A DNA stretch of 64,000 nucleotides. Source: Hemiscyllium ocellatum (taxonomy: Eukaryota). How positions within the stretch are numbered: position 1 is the stretch's first letter; each line of letters begins with the position of its first letter. A program made the position numbers and the translations under genes. Below the pieces are notes generated by a model. It searched no databases and was not told where the DNA came from. It saw nothing but the letters and a program-made list of their open reading frames with translations. Positions 51,130-64,000 of this stretch are shown here, piece after piece. The stretch lies in assembly GCF_020745735.1 (NCBI RefSeq), contig NC_083410.1, forward strand, positions 4,190,117-4,254,116, given 5' to 3'.

Positions 51130-51850
51130 ATGCCAGCACTTCAGGAGGCAGATGCCAGGTGACAGAAACCTCCCAACAATTATGCAGGATGGAGAGAGTA
51201 GGAATTCAAAACGTGACGAAGGCTTGGATGTCAAGGGGCAGGCATTCAGTATTACAGAGATGACAAAATCTCAAACTCTTGGTTGAAACCAGCAATTCAA
51301 CTAAAATCCTCACAGCTCATTAACACCTTTCTCCTGTGGAGTAATCTACAGCAGACAAGAACCACCCTTTCAAGGAGAAGACCAAGCAGAATCAAAACTC
51401 GCCGAAGGTGTGAGATAGCAATCGGAACCATTTCACACATCTCAGGTTGTTGCTCATTCGTTAAAAACGCTCGAATAAAACTCCATAATAAGACTGTAGA
51501 CCAGCTGCAGAAGCATGTCAGCAAATATGTTGAGCAGAGATTGATCGTGAAGGATGGCTCACTATGGAAACCTGATGTCATATTTAAGAAAGATCAAAAG
51601 ATCGCAGTGGTCAATGTCACAGTGCAGTACAAAAGTGACAGCAAAGCTCTGGAAATGGCACGGCAGGACAAAAGACAAAATACAAATGCCTGAATGCCGA
51701 GATAATGGAATTGATGGGACGCTGTGAGCCTAAGTACTTTGGCTTTGTGATAGGGGCTCAAGGCAAGTGGTTGGGCTTGAATAACAGCTTCATGAAATTC
51801 CTTGGCATTGAAGGATTTCAAACATTTGCCCAATGGACAGCCAGGCTCAC
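51130..51850 (+). mobile_element. C-terminal fragment of an RLE-clade non-LTR retrotransposon (R2/NeSL-like)
   Basis: RRCE..GTISHISGCC..K..RI..HN (CCHC knuckle), KPDVIF..AVVNVTV..DK (restriction-like endonuclease), then KYFGFVIGAQGKW. Confidence 0.75.
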
Positions 51851-54800
51851 CTGAAGAAATGTGAGTCCATACACTTTGTCTGGAAGAACAGAGGAGCTGA
51901 ATATTATTGAAATAGGAAAGACTGCAAAAGCTATAGATTAGAGAAATTTGGGAGCCGTCATCTCATGAATCACAAAAAGTTATCATCAACATTTTGTTGG
52001 TGATAAGGAAGGAAAATGGAGAGTGTCTTTTATTTCAAAGGAAATGGAGAATAAAATTAGGAATGTTTTACCAAAACTGTACAAACCTCTAGTCAGACCA
52101 CAACTGGAATACTGTGAGACAGTGCTTGTTCCTTATCTGAGGAATGGTGTCCTGGTATTGGAGGCTGTCTGGAGAAGGGTGACTGGGCTGATAGCCGGTA
52201 TGGAGGGACTGTCTTATGAGGAGAGGTGACATTGATTGAGCTTGTTCTCACCAGAATAATTAAAAATGTGAGGCAACAGTATTGAAAAAGAAAAGATTCC
52301 TGGAGGACCTGACGGGGTAAATGAGAAGACATTGTTTCCACTGTTAGAGAGTCTTGGGAGCAGAGGACAGAATCTCAATCAGGGGATGTAAACTTAAGGC
52401 AGAGAGGAGAAGGAATTTCCTCACTGAGAAGGGAACTCCACCACATGGGGGCACTGAGGCTGCACCATTCAGTACGATGAAGTTGAGAAAGACAGATTTT
52501 TAAACAGAAAGTAAATCTAGAGATACAAGGAAAAGACAGGAAAGTCAAATTGGGGGTTATCAGAGCAGGCATGAACAGACTCGTTGGGCAGAAAGGCCTG
52601 ATTCTGATCTTCCATCTTCTGCTCCAATGGCATTAAGGTCCAACTGAGGCATTTAGCAGGGCACTGGATGATTATTTACACAGAAACAGTGTGCAGGATG
52701 AAGAAGAAAAGGCAAGAAATTGACACTAGGTTATAGAGTCATTGAGTCTATAACCTAGATGCACAGCATAGAAATGGGCCCATTCATCCAACTCATCCAT
52801 TGCCACCAGATATCCTAACTTAATCTAATTCTATTTGCCAGCATTTGGCCCATATCCCTCTGCACCCTTCTTGTCCATATACCCATCCACATGCCTTTTA
52901 GAAGTATAATTGTATCAGCCTTTGCCACTTCTTCTGGCAGCTCATTCCATGCATACACCACCTGCTGTGTAGAAAAGTTGCCAGTTATGCAGAATGTAGA
53001 AGATAGAACATAGAACTGAGAACATATAACATTACAGTGTAATACAGGCCCTTCGGCCCTCAATGTTGCGACAACCTGTGGAGCCAATCTGAAGCCCATC
53101 CATCTGACACTATTCCATTATCATCCATATGTTTATCCAATGATCATTTAAATGTCCTTAAAGTTGGTGAGTCTAATGCTGTTGCAGGCAGGGTTTTCCA
53201 TGCCCTACTACTTTCTGAGTAAAGAAACTACCTCTGACATCTGTCGCATATCCATCACCGCTCAATTTAAAGCCATGTCCCTTCAGGCTAGCTGCATCAC
53301 TATTTGAGGAAAAAGGCTCTCACTGTGCACCCTATCTAACCCCCTGATTATCTTATATGTCCCAATTAAGTCACCTCTCAACACGCCGCATTCTGGTTCA
53401 GATAGATCCTGGTGTTTTCTCTTTCTCTTCTACTTGTTCCATTGTGGGAGTGCGGGCACCAATAACAAATCAGATGTAATGCAGAGAGATATGAGGATAC
53501 TCAGATTGGATGGAGAAATAAGAGCAGCGAAGACAATTTTTTTGTAAAGTGCAATTCTAATGGGTGTGCAGAGCAGACAAAACTGGAAGTATGCTGTTTA
53601 GTCGAAAAAGAGTCATTAAATTCATAAGGTAACAACAGAACCACTCTTTAAAGTGAACAGACACCCATACACGAAAATATATGGAGTACGAGAAACTGGA
53701 ATATGGAACTCTTGGACATGCCTTTGTCAAGCAACATTTACCACATGACCACTTGGATCTGAAAGATCAAAATCTGTTGTGGTTTAAAAAATTCAAATGA
53801 ATTCTTAATGAAACAAGAATATTAAGAATAGATAAAAAATGGGTTTTATCACTAAGTTGCTGGGCTGACTGTATTTGAACATAGCTTAGTAATAGTTTCT
53901 GGACTTGTGTTACAATGTGTGCCTTCACAGATCAAAAGGAGAGCAGCTGAGGCAAAATTGTCAAACTGACCAAAAACAATGAAAAAAATGTCCCTTTGTT
54001 CTGATAAAAAGAGAAGAAATCTTCAAGCAGGACCAGCTGCACAATTTCTTCCTCTCAGTCAGTAAAAGACAAGGAAAAAGATAATGTTTCCAAAATCAGG
54101 GTTTCAAACTATTTCCTATCAGAATCTGAAATATGGTCAGAAGATCTCCCATCAATGTATAACTTCTAGGAATCATCCTCATTGACAAGAAATTGAAGGA
54201 ATTCTGAGAAGTCAACACATTCTACCACCTGATCTGAGTTCCTAGACCCCCTAGGATGTTCATTCTTTAAGGTTTTTTTTAAAACAGCCCGAATTAATTC
54301 TGCAGAGCCACATTGCCTTGTCTGTAAATGAATGTATGTTTGAGATTAATGGGACATGGTTTAATCCCAAATAGAAATGTAGTTGCTCATGTGATGAAGT
54401 TGAAGGCATGTACTGTTCTTTAAGAGAGAGTGAACGCTGTTTTGAACTGAGAACTTACAAGCACCTGTGTGATATGACTAGAAGGCAGTCTCACAGTATA
54501 CTGGAAAATTGAAAGCACGTAGCATTTGGCTGTGAAATGGATACTTAAGTTGATTGCTGCTTTGACAGCAATTCAAATTGAATCAATCAGTTCAAATTCC
54601 GCTTCAGGATACTAAAACCGAATTGCGTTTGTATTTATTATTTTGCCAACATCAAACCAATGAGACAATCCGTATTGGAGATATTAAAATGTGGACATTT
54701 TGAAAATTGGAGACAGAGCAATTTCCATTGAGAGAGAGAGCCAAGAAATTAGGGAATACTCTGTGTCAAAGGTAACTTTTCAAATGAAACATATTTGCAG

Positions 54801-56239
54801 TAATGTAAAAGAAAATGACCCAGGGAGATCTTCAGCTGAAAGAAGACAGACACTGATGATGACAGTGGCTGTATGGTTTTGAAATTAAGTTGATGTAATT
54901 TTAATAAGTGTCTTATTGGAACAGCATATTGTTAAAATTGGAGGCTGTTAAGAGAATGAGGATTAGAGATGTGAATAGTGTTGTTTAATGTTCACTTTTA
55001 GAGTTAAAGAAGAAGTTAATTTTATTTAAACAATGGAACTTGTGAGTTCTCTGTCTTTTTTTAAATGGATTACAAGTCGAGGTGAGCTTTTCTGCATGAT
55101 TGGTTTAATTAACAGAAGGGTTCACCGCCATATTGTAATGCTAATCACATTTTCTGCTTGTTTAAACAATCAGTTTTGAAAATAATAAATAATTTATTTT
55201 GAGGTCATTAATTAAACTGCTTTTCTTTCAAACTTTTGATCGGAGGACAGAAGAGAGACAAGTTGGCTATCTTGTTGATCCAGCGTCACATTTAGTACAG
55301 CTCATGGTAAATTTGTGCTCGATTATAAGTGCACTCTCCATATTGGAGTCTAAACACTGGGATGTGAGATGTGGTTTCTAAATGATGTTAATAGAATTTA
55401 ATTTGGAAGTTGGATTTTGAACTAATGGCATGTAGGTTTTGGTCTTTGTGTGTATGACAGGATTTAAAGATGAAAATGTTAATATTTCTGAAGTTATTAT
55501 TTATTTTAACAAAAATATCTGACAGAGACAGTTCTTGGAGTTATGTTAACCCCTATATGTTTTTAGAGAAGGGTATTGTCTCTAATGTCTGTACTTTTAA
55601 AAGAAATTTCCCTCGCATCCATGTCATGTGTGTGCAGGTGTAGGACACAGTGAATAACAATCGGTGTGTAAACCTTTATTTGTATTCCCCCTCCAGGTAG
55701 AAAGGAAACACTCAAGTGGCCAGTGACAAACAAAGCCCTTCTCTTCAAAGGGCAGTGCGTGTGATCAAAAAAGTGAAGGGGAGGGTAGGGATTAAATCAA
55801 AATAGAGTTGGAGGGAGAAATAAAACACTCTTTAATGTCTGTATTGTGTAAAGAGTTGCTGATTGGACCGTTTAAATATTGTATTTTGCTGTGTGTTTAA
55901 TATATATAGCTTAGTTCATGATATTTTTTCAGCTCTATTTGCACAAAAATTACATCATAAAAATCATAAAATATCTTCACCTTTTGTTGAAACCAAGTCT
56001 GCTGCATTATGTGTTTCTTTCTCAGAGAAACACCCACTAGTTTTATACAAAAAAGAATCCAAGCCAGATTTCAGTCTGGAATCAAACTTGTCCAATACTA
56101 ACATCAACTGGGACCATAATAACACCAATCAAAGTGACTGGGACTGTTCCCCCTGGGGAAGGAAACGCTGAGAAGAGATTTGATCAAAATGCCCTGCCCA
56201 TCCAGAGGCTATTCAGCCTGTCATCAGGGCCAGAGAGGG

Positions 56240-57400
56240 ATGGTGGGATTGGGTGGGGCAAGCACTTTGGGAGCAGCTCATGTGTGTCTCTGTTTGGCTT
56301 GTCCTAGAATGGATGTGTTGTCCCAGTCGAAGTGGTGTCCTTCTTTATCTGTATGTAAAGATACTAGTGAGAGAGGGTCATGTCGTTTTGTGGCTAATTG
56401 GTGTTCATGTATCCTGGTGAATATTTTTCTGCCTGTTTGTCCAATGTAGTGTTTATTACAGTTCTTTCACAATATTTTGTAAATGACATTAGTTTTGCTT
56501 GTTGTCTGTATTGGGTCTTTCAAATTCATGAGCTGCTCTTTTACTGTGTTTGGTGGGTTTGTGTGCTACCATGACGGCAATAGGTCTGAGTAGTCTGGCA
56601 GTCATTTCTGAGAAGTCTTTGATGTAGGGAAGAGTTGCTAAGGTTTCTGGATGTGTCTTGTCTGCTTGTTTGGGTTTGTTGCTGAGAAATCGGCAGACTG
56701 TGTTCATTGGATGCCGATTCTTTTTGAATAAACTGTATAGGTGATTTTCCTCTACTCTGCATAGTTCCTCTGTGTTACAGTGTATGGTGGTTGACGTTCT
56801 GATGCAGCTTTGTTTGTGGATGTTAGGATGATTGCTACTTTAGTTCAATGTTTTGTCCGTATGTGTGTTTTCCAGTGGACGCTGGTTTGAAGTTCTCCAT
56901 TGGCTGTTCGGTCTACATGACATTTTGTTGTTGTTTTCTTCCTCTTTAGTGAATTTTATACCTGTAAGGGTATTGTTGATGGTCTTGAAGGTTTCCTCTA
57001 ATTTGTTTTGTTTAGTGATGACAAAGGTGTCATCCACATAGCGGTCCCAAAGTTTGGGTTGGATTTGACTGGGACAACACATCCATCGTAGGACAAGCCA
57101 AACAGAGATATGCATGAGAATTCCTAGAAGCATGGCATTTCAACTGGAACTCTATCAACAAACACATTGACTTGGACCCCATTGACCACCCCCTGAGAAA
57201 AAAGAACAAGAAATGTCTTCACCATTGGAAAGGACATCACCACAGGAATTGACATCACCAACCCAAAGAAACCCAAACATATAAATAGAAAGCAGGAAAC
57301 ATCAGCAGTGCTTTGTCTGGAGGCTCACTGAAGATGTTACCCAGTATGGTGATGAATCATCTGAAAATCAACCTCTCAGCTCAGCGAGCAAACCTATATT
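56240..57400 (-). mobile_element. Penelope-like element, RT and GIY-YIG remnants with inverted terminal segment
   Basis: LWDRYVDDTFVI..GIKFTKEEE; TLPYIKDFSEMTARLLRP..VAHKPT; about 57065-57100 is the inverse of about 56290-56330. Confidence 0.85.
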
Positions 57401-57409
57401 CAGATCCTT

Positions 57410-60400
57410 TTTCCTCTTAGCTAGTCTCACAATTTCGTCATCCATGGTTCCCCAATCTTGCCATTCCAATACCTCATTTTCACAGCAGCATACCTCTCCT
57501 GATCTCTAATCAACCTCTCTTTCAAAGCGTCCCACATGTCGAATGTGGATTTCCTTTCAAACAGCTGCTCCCAATCTACATTCCCCAGCTCTTGCAGAAT
57601 TTTGCTTTAGTTGGCCTTCCCTCAGTTTACCACTCTTCTTTTAAGACCACCCTCGTACTTGTCCATGAGGATTCTAAAACTTTTGGAATTGCAATCACTA
57701 TTCCTAAAGCAATCCCCTACTGAACATCAACCACCTGGCTGGGCTCATTTCACAATACCAGGTCCAATAAGGCCCCTTCTCGAGTTAGACTAGTGACATA
57801 CTGCTCTAGAAAACCCTCCTGGATGCTCCTTACAAATTCAGCTCCATCTCGACCTCTAATATAAAGTGATTCACAGTCATTGTTGGGAAAATTAAAATTG
57901 CCTATCACCACCACCCTGTTGCTCCTACATCTTTGCATGATCTGTTCCCATGTTTGTACTTCTATCTCAAGTTCTCTGTTGGGAGGTCTGCAGTATAGCC
58001 CCAACATTGTTACTGCAGCTTTCCTATTTCTGAACTCTGCCCATAATGCCTCACTGCTTGAATCTTCCATAGTGCCCTCCTTCAGCACAGCTGTGAGATT
58101 TTCTTTGACCAGAAATACAACTCTTCCAACTCTTTAACCTCCCTCTCTATCCCATCTGATGCATCGATATCCTGGGATATTTCATTGCCAATTTTGCCCT
58201 TCCCTCAACAAACTCTCAGTAATAGCAATAACGTCATACATCCAGGTACTAATCCACACCCTAAGTTCATCTGGTTACCTACTACCCTTTTTTGCATTAA
58301 AACAAATGCACCTCAGACCACCAGTCCCTTTGCAGTCATCATCTGCTCCCTGCCGACTCTTCCCCTTAGTCACGGTGACTTCATTATCTAGTTCCTTGCA
58401 GGCTATAGTCACTCTTTCCTTTCTGTCCTCGAACCTCACTTGGTTCCCATCCCCCTGCCACATTACTTGAAAAGCCCCCCAGCAATGTTAGCAAACGCGC
58501 CCCCAAGGACATTTGTTCCAGTCCAGCCCACGTGGAGACAGTCCAATTTGTAATTGTACCAACCTCCCTCAGAACCGATCTCAGTGTCTCAAAAATCTGA
58601 ACCCCTCCCTCCTACACCATCTCTCATGCCACACATTCATCCTGCTTATTCTATCATTCATACTCTGACGAGCACCTAGCACTGATAGCAATCCTGAGAT
58701 TGCTACCTCTGAGGTCCTACTTTTTTAACTTGTCTCCTAACTCCCTAAATTCTGCATATAGGACCTCCTGTGTTTTTGACATATCTTGGATGTGCCTATA
58801 TGCACCACGACAACTGGCTGTTCATGGTCCCCCTGGAAAATGTTCTGTAGCCGGTCCGAGACATCCCTGATCCATGCACCTGGAAGGCGACATGCTATTC
58901 TGGCATCTTGTTTTCGACCACGGAGCTGCCTATCTACTCTCCTTACAATTGAATCCTCTATGACTGAACAGCAGAGCTAGCCACGGTGCCATGAATCTGG
59001 CCACTGCTGACTTCCCCTAGTGGGCCATCTACCTAACAGTATCCAAACTACTATATCTGTTTTGGGGGGAGATGACTGCAGGGGATACCTACACTGCATT
59101 CCTGCTCATTTTCTGCCTTATGGTCATCCATTCCCTTTCTTCCTCAGCAATTTGTCATTTCTGTTGCTATTAATTCCAAGGCAGTTGTTGATAACACATG
59201 AATACATAGTGGGTGAGGGTGATGTGGGAGGTGAAAATTCCGTCACAAATTCAGTTGCGAATTGTGAAGAAACCTCTTTTCTCTAGTGTTGAGAAAATGT
59301 AACTCATTATCTGAGGGAATCGAAAGTAGAACTCTTTAACCCAGAGAGTGGTTGAAGTGCATAGCACAGATTCACTTCAGGGGAAATTGGGGAAGTAAAT
59401 AAAGGGGAAGACTGAACAGTTATGCTGCTGATACTTATTTGCAGAAGGATGGTCACATGGTGAAATACAGCACAGACACCAGCATTGACTGATTGCGCTG
59501 AATGGCCTGAGTGTGGGTCTCACCTTTGATATAATTCAATGGGCATATACACACACAGTGCTTGGTTGGAAAGGGCTTCTTTATTATTGTATTCCAAACC
59601 TCCTTGTAATAAAAACCGCTCTCAGAAGGACATCATTTCAGCTGTTAACCTTCTGTTATATGGTTCAACAGGCCAGGGCAGGGTGGAGGAAGTTGGTTTA
59701 TTCACTGCATCAGAAATACTTGTGGTCTGAGAAGGTAATCTTTTGATCAGTCTGTTTATACTGTGGAACAAATTGGTAGAACCTTTGAATCATAAGGAAA
59801 CCATTAATGGGACAGTCTGCTCCTGAACCAGAATGGGACCAATGCCCCTGTGTGGGTAGGTTTGTTCGTGCTCTTGGGTGGAATTTAAAGTAGTTCCCCA
59901 GAGGAAAGAGATATAGTGTGTCCGTATGTAGGGACTCAGCCTACTTTAGTGAAGGAACAAAGGTAGATCGAGTTCAGCAATGTTGAGTTTCAAGGGAGGA
60001 AGGCCAGCTGGGTGGTCTACTCGTTCTTGTACAGGGTAAAATGGGTAGGAGAGATGGGTTGGAGGACATGGATTGACACCTAGAATTAGCTGCTGTTGCT
60101 ATCACAGGGACATGGTTGAGGGAGGGGCAGGACTCAACATTCTGAGGTACAGGATCTTTGGGCAGGACAGAGAAAGGTGCCAAAGAGAAGGTGGCTTTGT
60201 GTTATTTAAAAGGAGCCCACTACTGCAGTAAGGAGGGACAATATCTTAGAATGGTTTTCAAATGAGACTTTGGGGTAGAGTTTAGGAACAGTCACACAAT
60301 GGGAGAGTATTGTCAATCCCTAACTGTCACCTGGGCAATGAAACAAATGGAGAATTATATCAGGGAATTTCAACTTCATCAGCATCAGTAGGATAACAAT

Positions 60401-63400
60401 AGTGTAAAAGGTTCAGGGGAGCAGGTTTCTTAAAATGTATACGGGGGAGAGCTTTTTATATCGATGTGCAGAAGGTCCAACATGGGAGGGTGCAGTGCAG
60501 GACCTGATTTGGTGGAACGAAGCTGAACAGCTGTTTGAGGTGACAGTGGGGAGCATTTTTGTAACAGGAACCGCAGCACCAAATGTTTTCGGTTTTTTCA
60601 GGGAGTGGAATGGAATGGTCTGCAAAAACGGGTTCTGGAATGATGTGTTGTTCGTTTGACCCATTTTCTGTTTTGAAAACACTTTACCCAAACAGTCTTG
60701 TTGATGAAGTGGACCAGGGGGATACAGAAATCCATTTGTGGTTCAACTTAATTTCATTCACAAAATGCTCCTTATTAAAAAATACCACCTGACTATTTTC
60801 CAATATTTATTTAGCTGTATCCATCTGATATATTACCCACAATGGTCCACGTGCTTGATCTGGGCTGTTAGAATCTCCGTTCTCTCCGATGTATCGCTGG
60901 CTCACTTCCACAAAACTCGTCTCACAGGTCAGGGCAGATCTTCTCCTGGGTCCTTTTGGGGTGGCTCATCATCTTCTACCATGAATCTTGCTGTGCATCT
61001 TCCCTGCAAGTCTTCACTGAGTCTTCACTGAGTCTTCACTGAGTCTTCACTGAATCATCATTGAGGTTTCTTTGTGTCTTCATGAGGTGATGGAGTTGGG
61101 ATGTGTGCTTTTGTCCCCCGCTTGCACCTGTCCTTCCAAACATTTCTGTAGCCTTTGGTCACTGGGGTCATAAACTGGGTTTAAATTATCCAATGGGATT
61201 GTGTCAACACCCTTCGCTATTGCCATGCTGGCAGGTGTGATATACACGTACTCAGAAAGTTCTCACTTTCTCCACACACTCAGGCAGTCAAGTTGCCAGA
61301 GAGTCTGATCGATACTCCTTCAATACACGACTTTTGGGCTGGTTGTAACTGGTTCCTCTTGATCCTTTGTGACTGGTTTGACCTTGGCTTCTTCTATTCC
61401 TTGAAGCCGACAGCTGCTGGCTGCACTTTAATTTCATTTGGCCACTTTTCTGTCAGGCTTGATTTCTCTGACTGTGCGTCAATTCAGAATGTTCAATTTT
61501 GGGCCCATAGTTGCTTGACCACAGCGTTATGGCAGAATTTTGTAAAAAATAAAGCAGGATCTGGCCTAAAGTAAACCAGGAACACAGCTTGCTGAGGGTG
61601 AGTCTACAGCAGAACAGTGGGAGGTGTTCAAAAAAAGGTAACACGGTGAATACAGATCCAACATAGTCCCTTTTGGATGAGATGTTGGAGCAACAAACAT
61701 TCCATGCTGTAATTTCAGTGAAAGACCAACATACTAAATAAAGCACAATAAAATAATATCAATCATGACAGATTTCACTCTGTATCGGGCTACACCCGCA
61801 ACAACGTTAGCTGGGATCAGAACAATCAACAGGAGCTGAAATTAAAATCAAGGCAAACTGGACCACGGCTGATCTGTATCTCAAAGTCATTTCAACTAAA
61901 GTTTAAATTGGACTCCAGTGTAACTCATTAAGATGTGAGCAACATATCCAGGAAATTGCAAACTCTCAGCTCTCAGGTCTTTGATCATCATTTCCCACAA
62001 CCCTCTGCAGCTCCTGTTCTGTTCAATGACACTCCCACCTCCACCTCTGATGTCCTTGTTTTAATCTAAACTCTTCCTCACCCCCGCCCTGGTTACTCCT
62101 CTTCTTATAACCCTCATTTATTCCCTTAGTCCAAAAACCAAAGACAAAGAAACATACGAAGAGCAGTAGACCATTCAGCCCATCATTTCAATCATGATTG
62201 GTTATTTTTATCAATGCTACTTTCCTTCATTACCTCCATATCATCTGATTCATTAGTCTTAGAAATCTTTCAGTTCCTATCTCGAACATACTCAATGATT
62301 GAGGTCCCATATCCCTCTGGGATAGGGAATTCCACAGATTCCCCACCTTCTGGGTGAAGAAATTCCTCTTCATCTGAGTCTCAGTTGGATGACTCCTTTT
62401 CCTGTAATAATGCCCCATAGATCTTGACTCACCAGCCAAGGGAAACATTGCCACCAACATCCACACTATCATGCCTCTGAAGCACATTGAGATTTCAATT
62501 TAATCACCTCTGATTTTTCAAACCAAGAGCATACAGGTCAGTTTCCTCACTCTCTCCCATCCAACAAACCCACCATCCCAGCGATTACTCTGCTGACTCT
62601 CTATACAACTCCCTCGATGATAAGTCTGTGCTTCCTTACATTCAGGGACAAACAGTCCACAATCCTGGTGTGGTCTCCCTAATACTTTGTCCAACTGTAA
62701 CAAGGCATCCTCACTCCTGGACTCAACTCCCTTGTGGTGAAGACCAACTTTTACCTTCCTTAGTGACTGCTGCAGTATCATGCTGACTTTTAGTGAGTCC
62801 TGAACACAGTAACCCTGGTCCCTTTGGACACCAATAATTCCCAAAATCTTACAATTTTTAAAATATTCTGCCTTTCTGCTTCCTTTGGTAAAGTAGCTAC
62901 CTTCACATTTATTCACATTATATTCCATCTGCCTTGTCCTTTCCCATTCACTGAGCCTGGCCACTTGATGCCCCCTTGCATCTTCCTCACAGCTTCCAAC
63001 CTTATCTACTTTTATACCATCAGAAAGTTTGGAACCATTCCAATTAGGCCCCACATCCAACCCATTTCTCCAGCTGTTGAACACTTTGGGCCTTCCATTG
63101 AGACATGCAGTACGCCACAAGGAACAGTCTGTCTTCGTGTGAGACACCCTTTTCCTCCTACTCTTTGCTTTTGGTCATCTTTCTTCACATTATACTTTAT
63201 CTGTCATGCATTTGCCCACACAGTCAGCCTGTCCAAATCACACTGCAGCATCTCTCCGTTTTTCTCACAGCTCACCCTTTCACTCAGCTTTCTGTCACCT
63301 GCAAACTTGGAGACTTTAAATTCAGTTCCCTTTCCAAAATTATAAATCCATAATGAGAATAGCTAGAATCCAAGCACTTATCCCTGTGGTATCCCACTAA

Positions 63401-64000
63401 TTGCAGTTGTCACTTAGAAAATGAACCATTTATTGTGATTCTTTGGCAAAAAGGTGACAATCAGTTCTCAATCCATTTCATTGCAATATCCCAATCTCAA
63501 TGGGCTTTAATTTTTCATGTTAATCTCTTTTGTGGCTCCTCAACAAAAGCCTTCTGTATGTAACTTAGTGTTCACAGCAAAAAAAACCAAATCCAAATCG
63601 AAATGATGAGAAGGCAAGTGACTCATTAAATTCATGGTGCACATCGATGTGACTGAACTGTGTTTGCCTGACGTTTTTCAATCTTTTTCTTCCCTTAACA
63701 GCCATGTCAGGTCTGTCTTGTGAGACTGCCTTCATATGGGAGAGGAGAAATTCAGACATGGTAAAACCAGTTATAAATTGTGCTTTCATTCTGCATTGGA
63801 TGAAACAGTTTGTAATCAGTTTAAGGTTATCTTGTTCAGTTCAGTAACTGGTCTGTGTTTCCATTTATCCTAAGTGTCACGGTCAGGCAAATTGGGGACT
63901 TTAGAACATTTGAATAAACCTTTCCCCATTGCGACAACTCTTGGAATAGTGGGCTTGATTTCCAGGGAGTAATGGCACTATAGAATTTAAGATTACACAT
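57410..64000 (+). repeat. Segmental duplication, copy 2 (paralog of 16800-24080), mostly CR1 fragments; runs off the window end
   Basis: Colinear matches at an offset of about 40 kb. Confidence 0.9.
63702..63760 (+). pseudogene. Paralog of the 23436-23494 ITIM-like exon with Tyr changed to stop
   Basis: Same splice sites and length; TAT replaced by TGA at 63721-63723. Confidence 0.45.

Noticed and set aside
53780-54100. Cys-containing stretch suggestive of a RING/TRIM remnant
   Set aside because: Cys spacing does not fit and the frames are interrupted
1-64000. Remaining short ORFs in the six-frame track; tRNA, rRNA or CRISPR features
   Set aside because: ORFs map to sense or antisense retroelement fragments or look random; tRNA-like heads belong to SINEs; no repeat-spacer array or rRNA similarity

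Overview
Repeat-rich vertebrate genomic DNA, most likely a shark or other cartilaginous fish; this is inferred from HE1/V-SINE-type SINEs, CR1 LINEs and Penelope elements. Most of the window is decayed retroelements: CR1, Penelope/GIY-YIG, V-SINE, one Ty3/Gypsy element with integrase upstream of RT, and one RLE-clade (R2/NeSL-like) fragment. Among them is a cluster of antigen-receptor-like genes. Four minus-strand exons (3463-3804, 38727-39074, 41786-42129, 43960-44304) each encode a TCR/IgL-like V domain already fused in the germline to a J-like G strand. They are phase 1-1 exons with the same short CDR3 length and no RSS that I could find. Reading splice sites by eye also gives leader exons, a Penelope-disrupted C1-like exon, transmembrane exons resembling the conserved antigen receptor TM (CART) motif but lacking the CD3-recruiting basic residues, and small cytoplasmic exons with ITIM-type motifs. 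The best-supported model is Leader-VJ-C1-TM-ITIM (39356 to about 32750), a non-rearranging, probably inhibitory antigen-receptor-like gene. Several copies carry frameshifts or insertions. The region is a roughly 40-kb tandem duplication with local rearrangements, consistent with birth-and-death evolution. No rRNA, tRNA gene or CRISPR array was seen.
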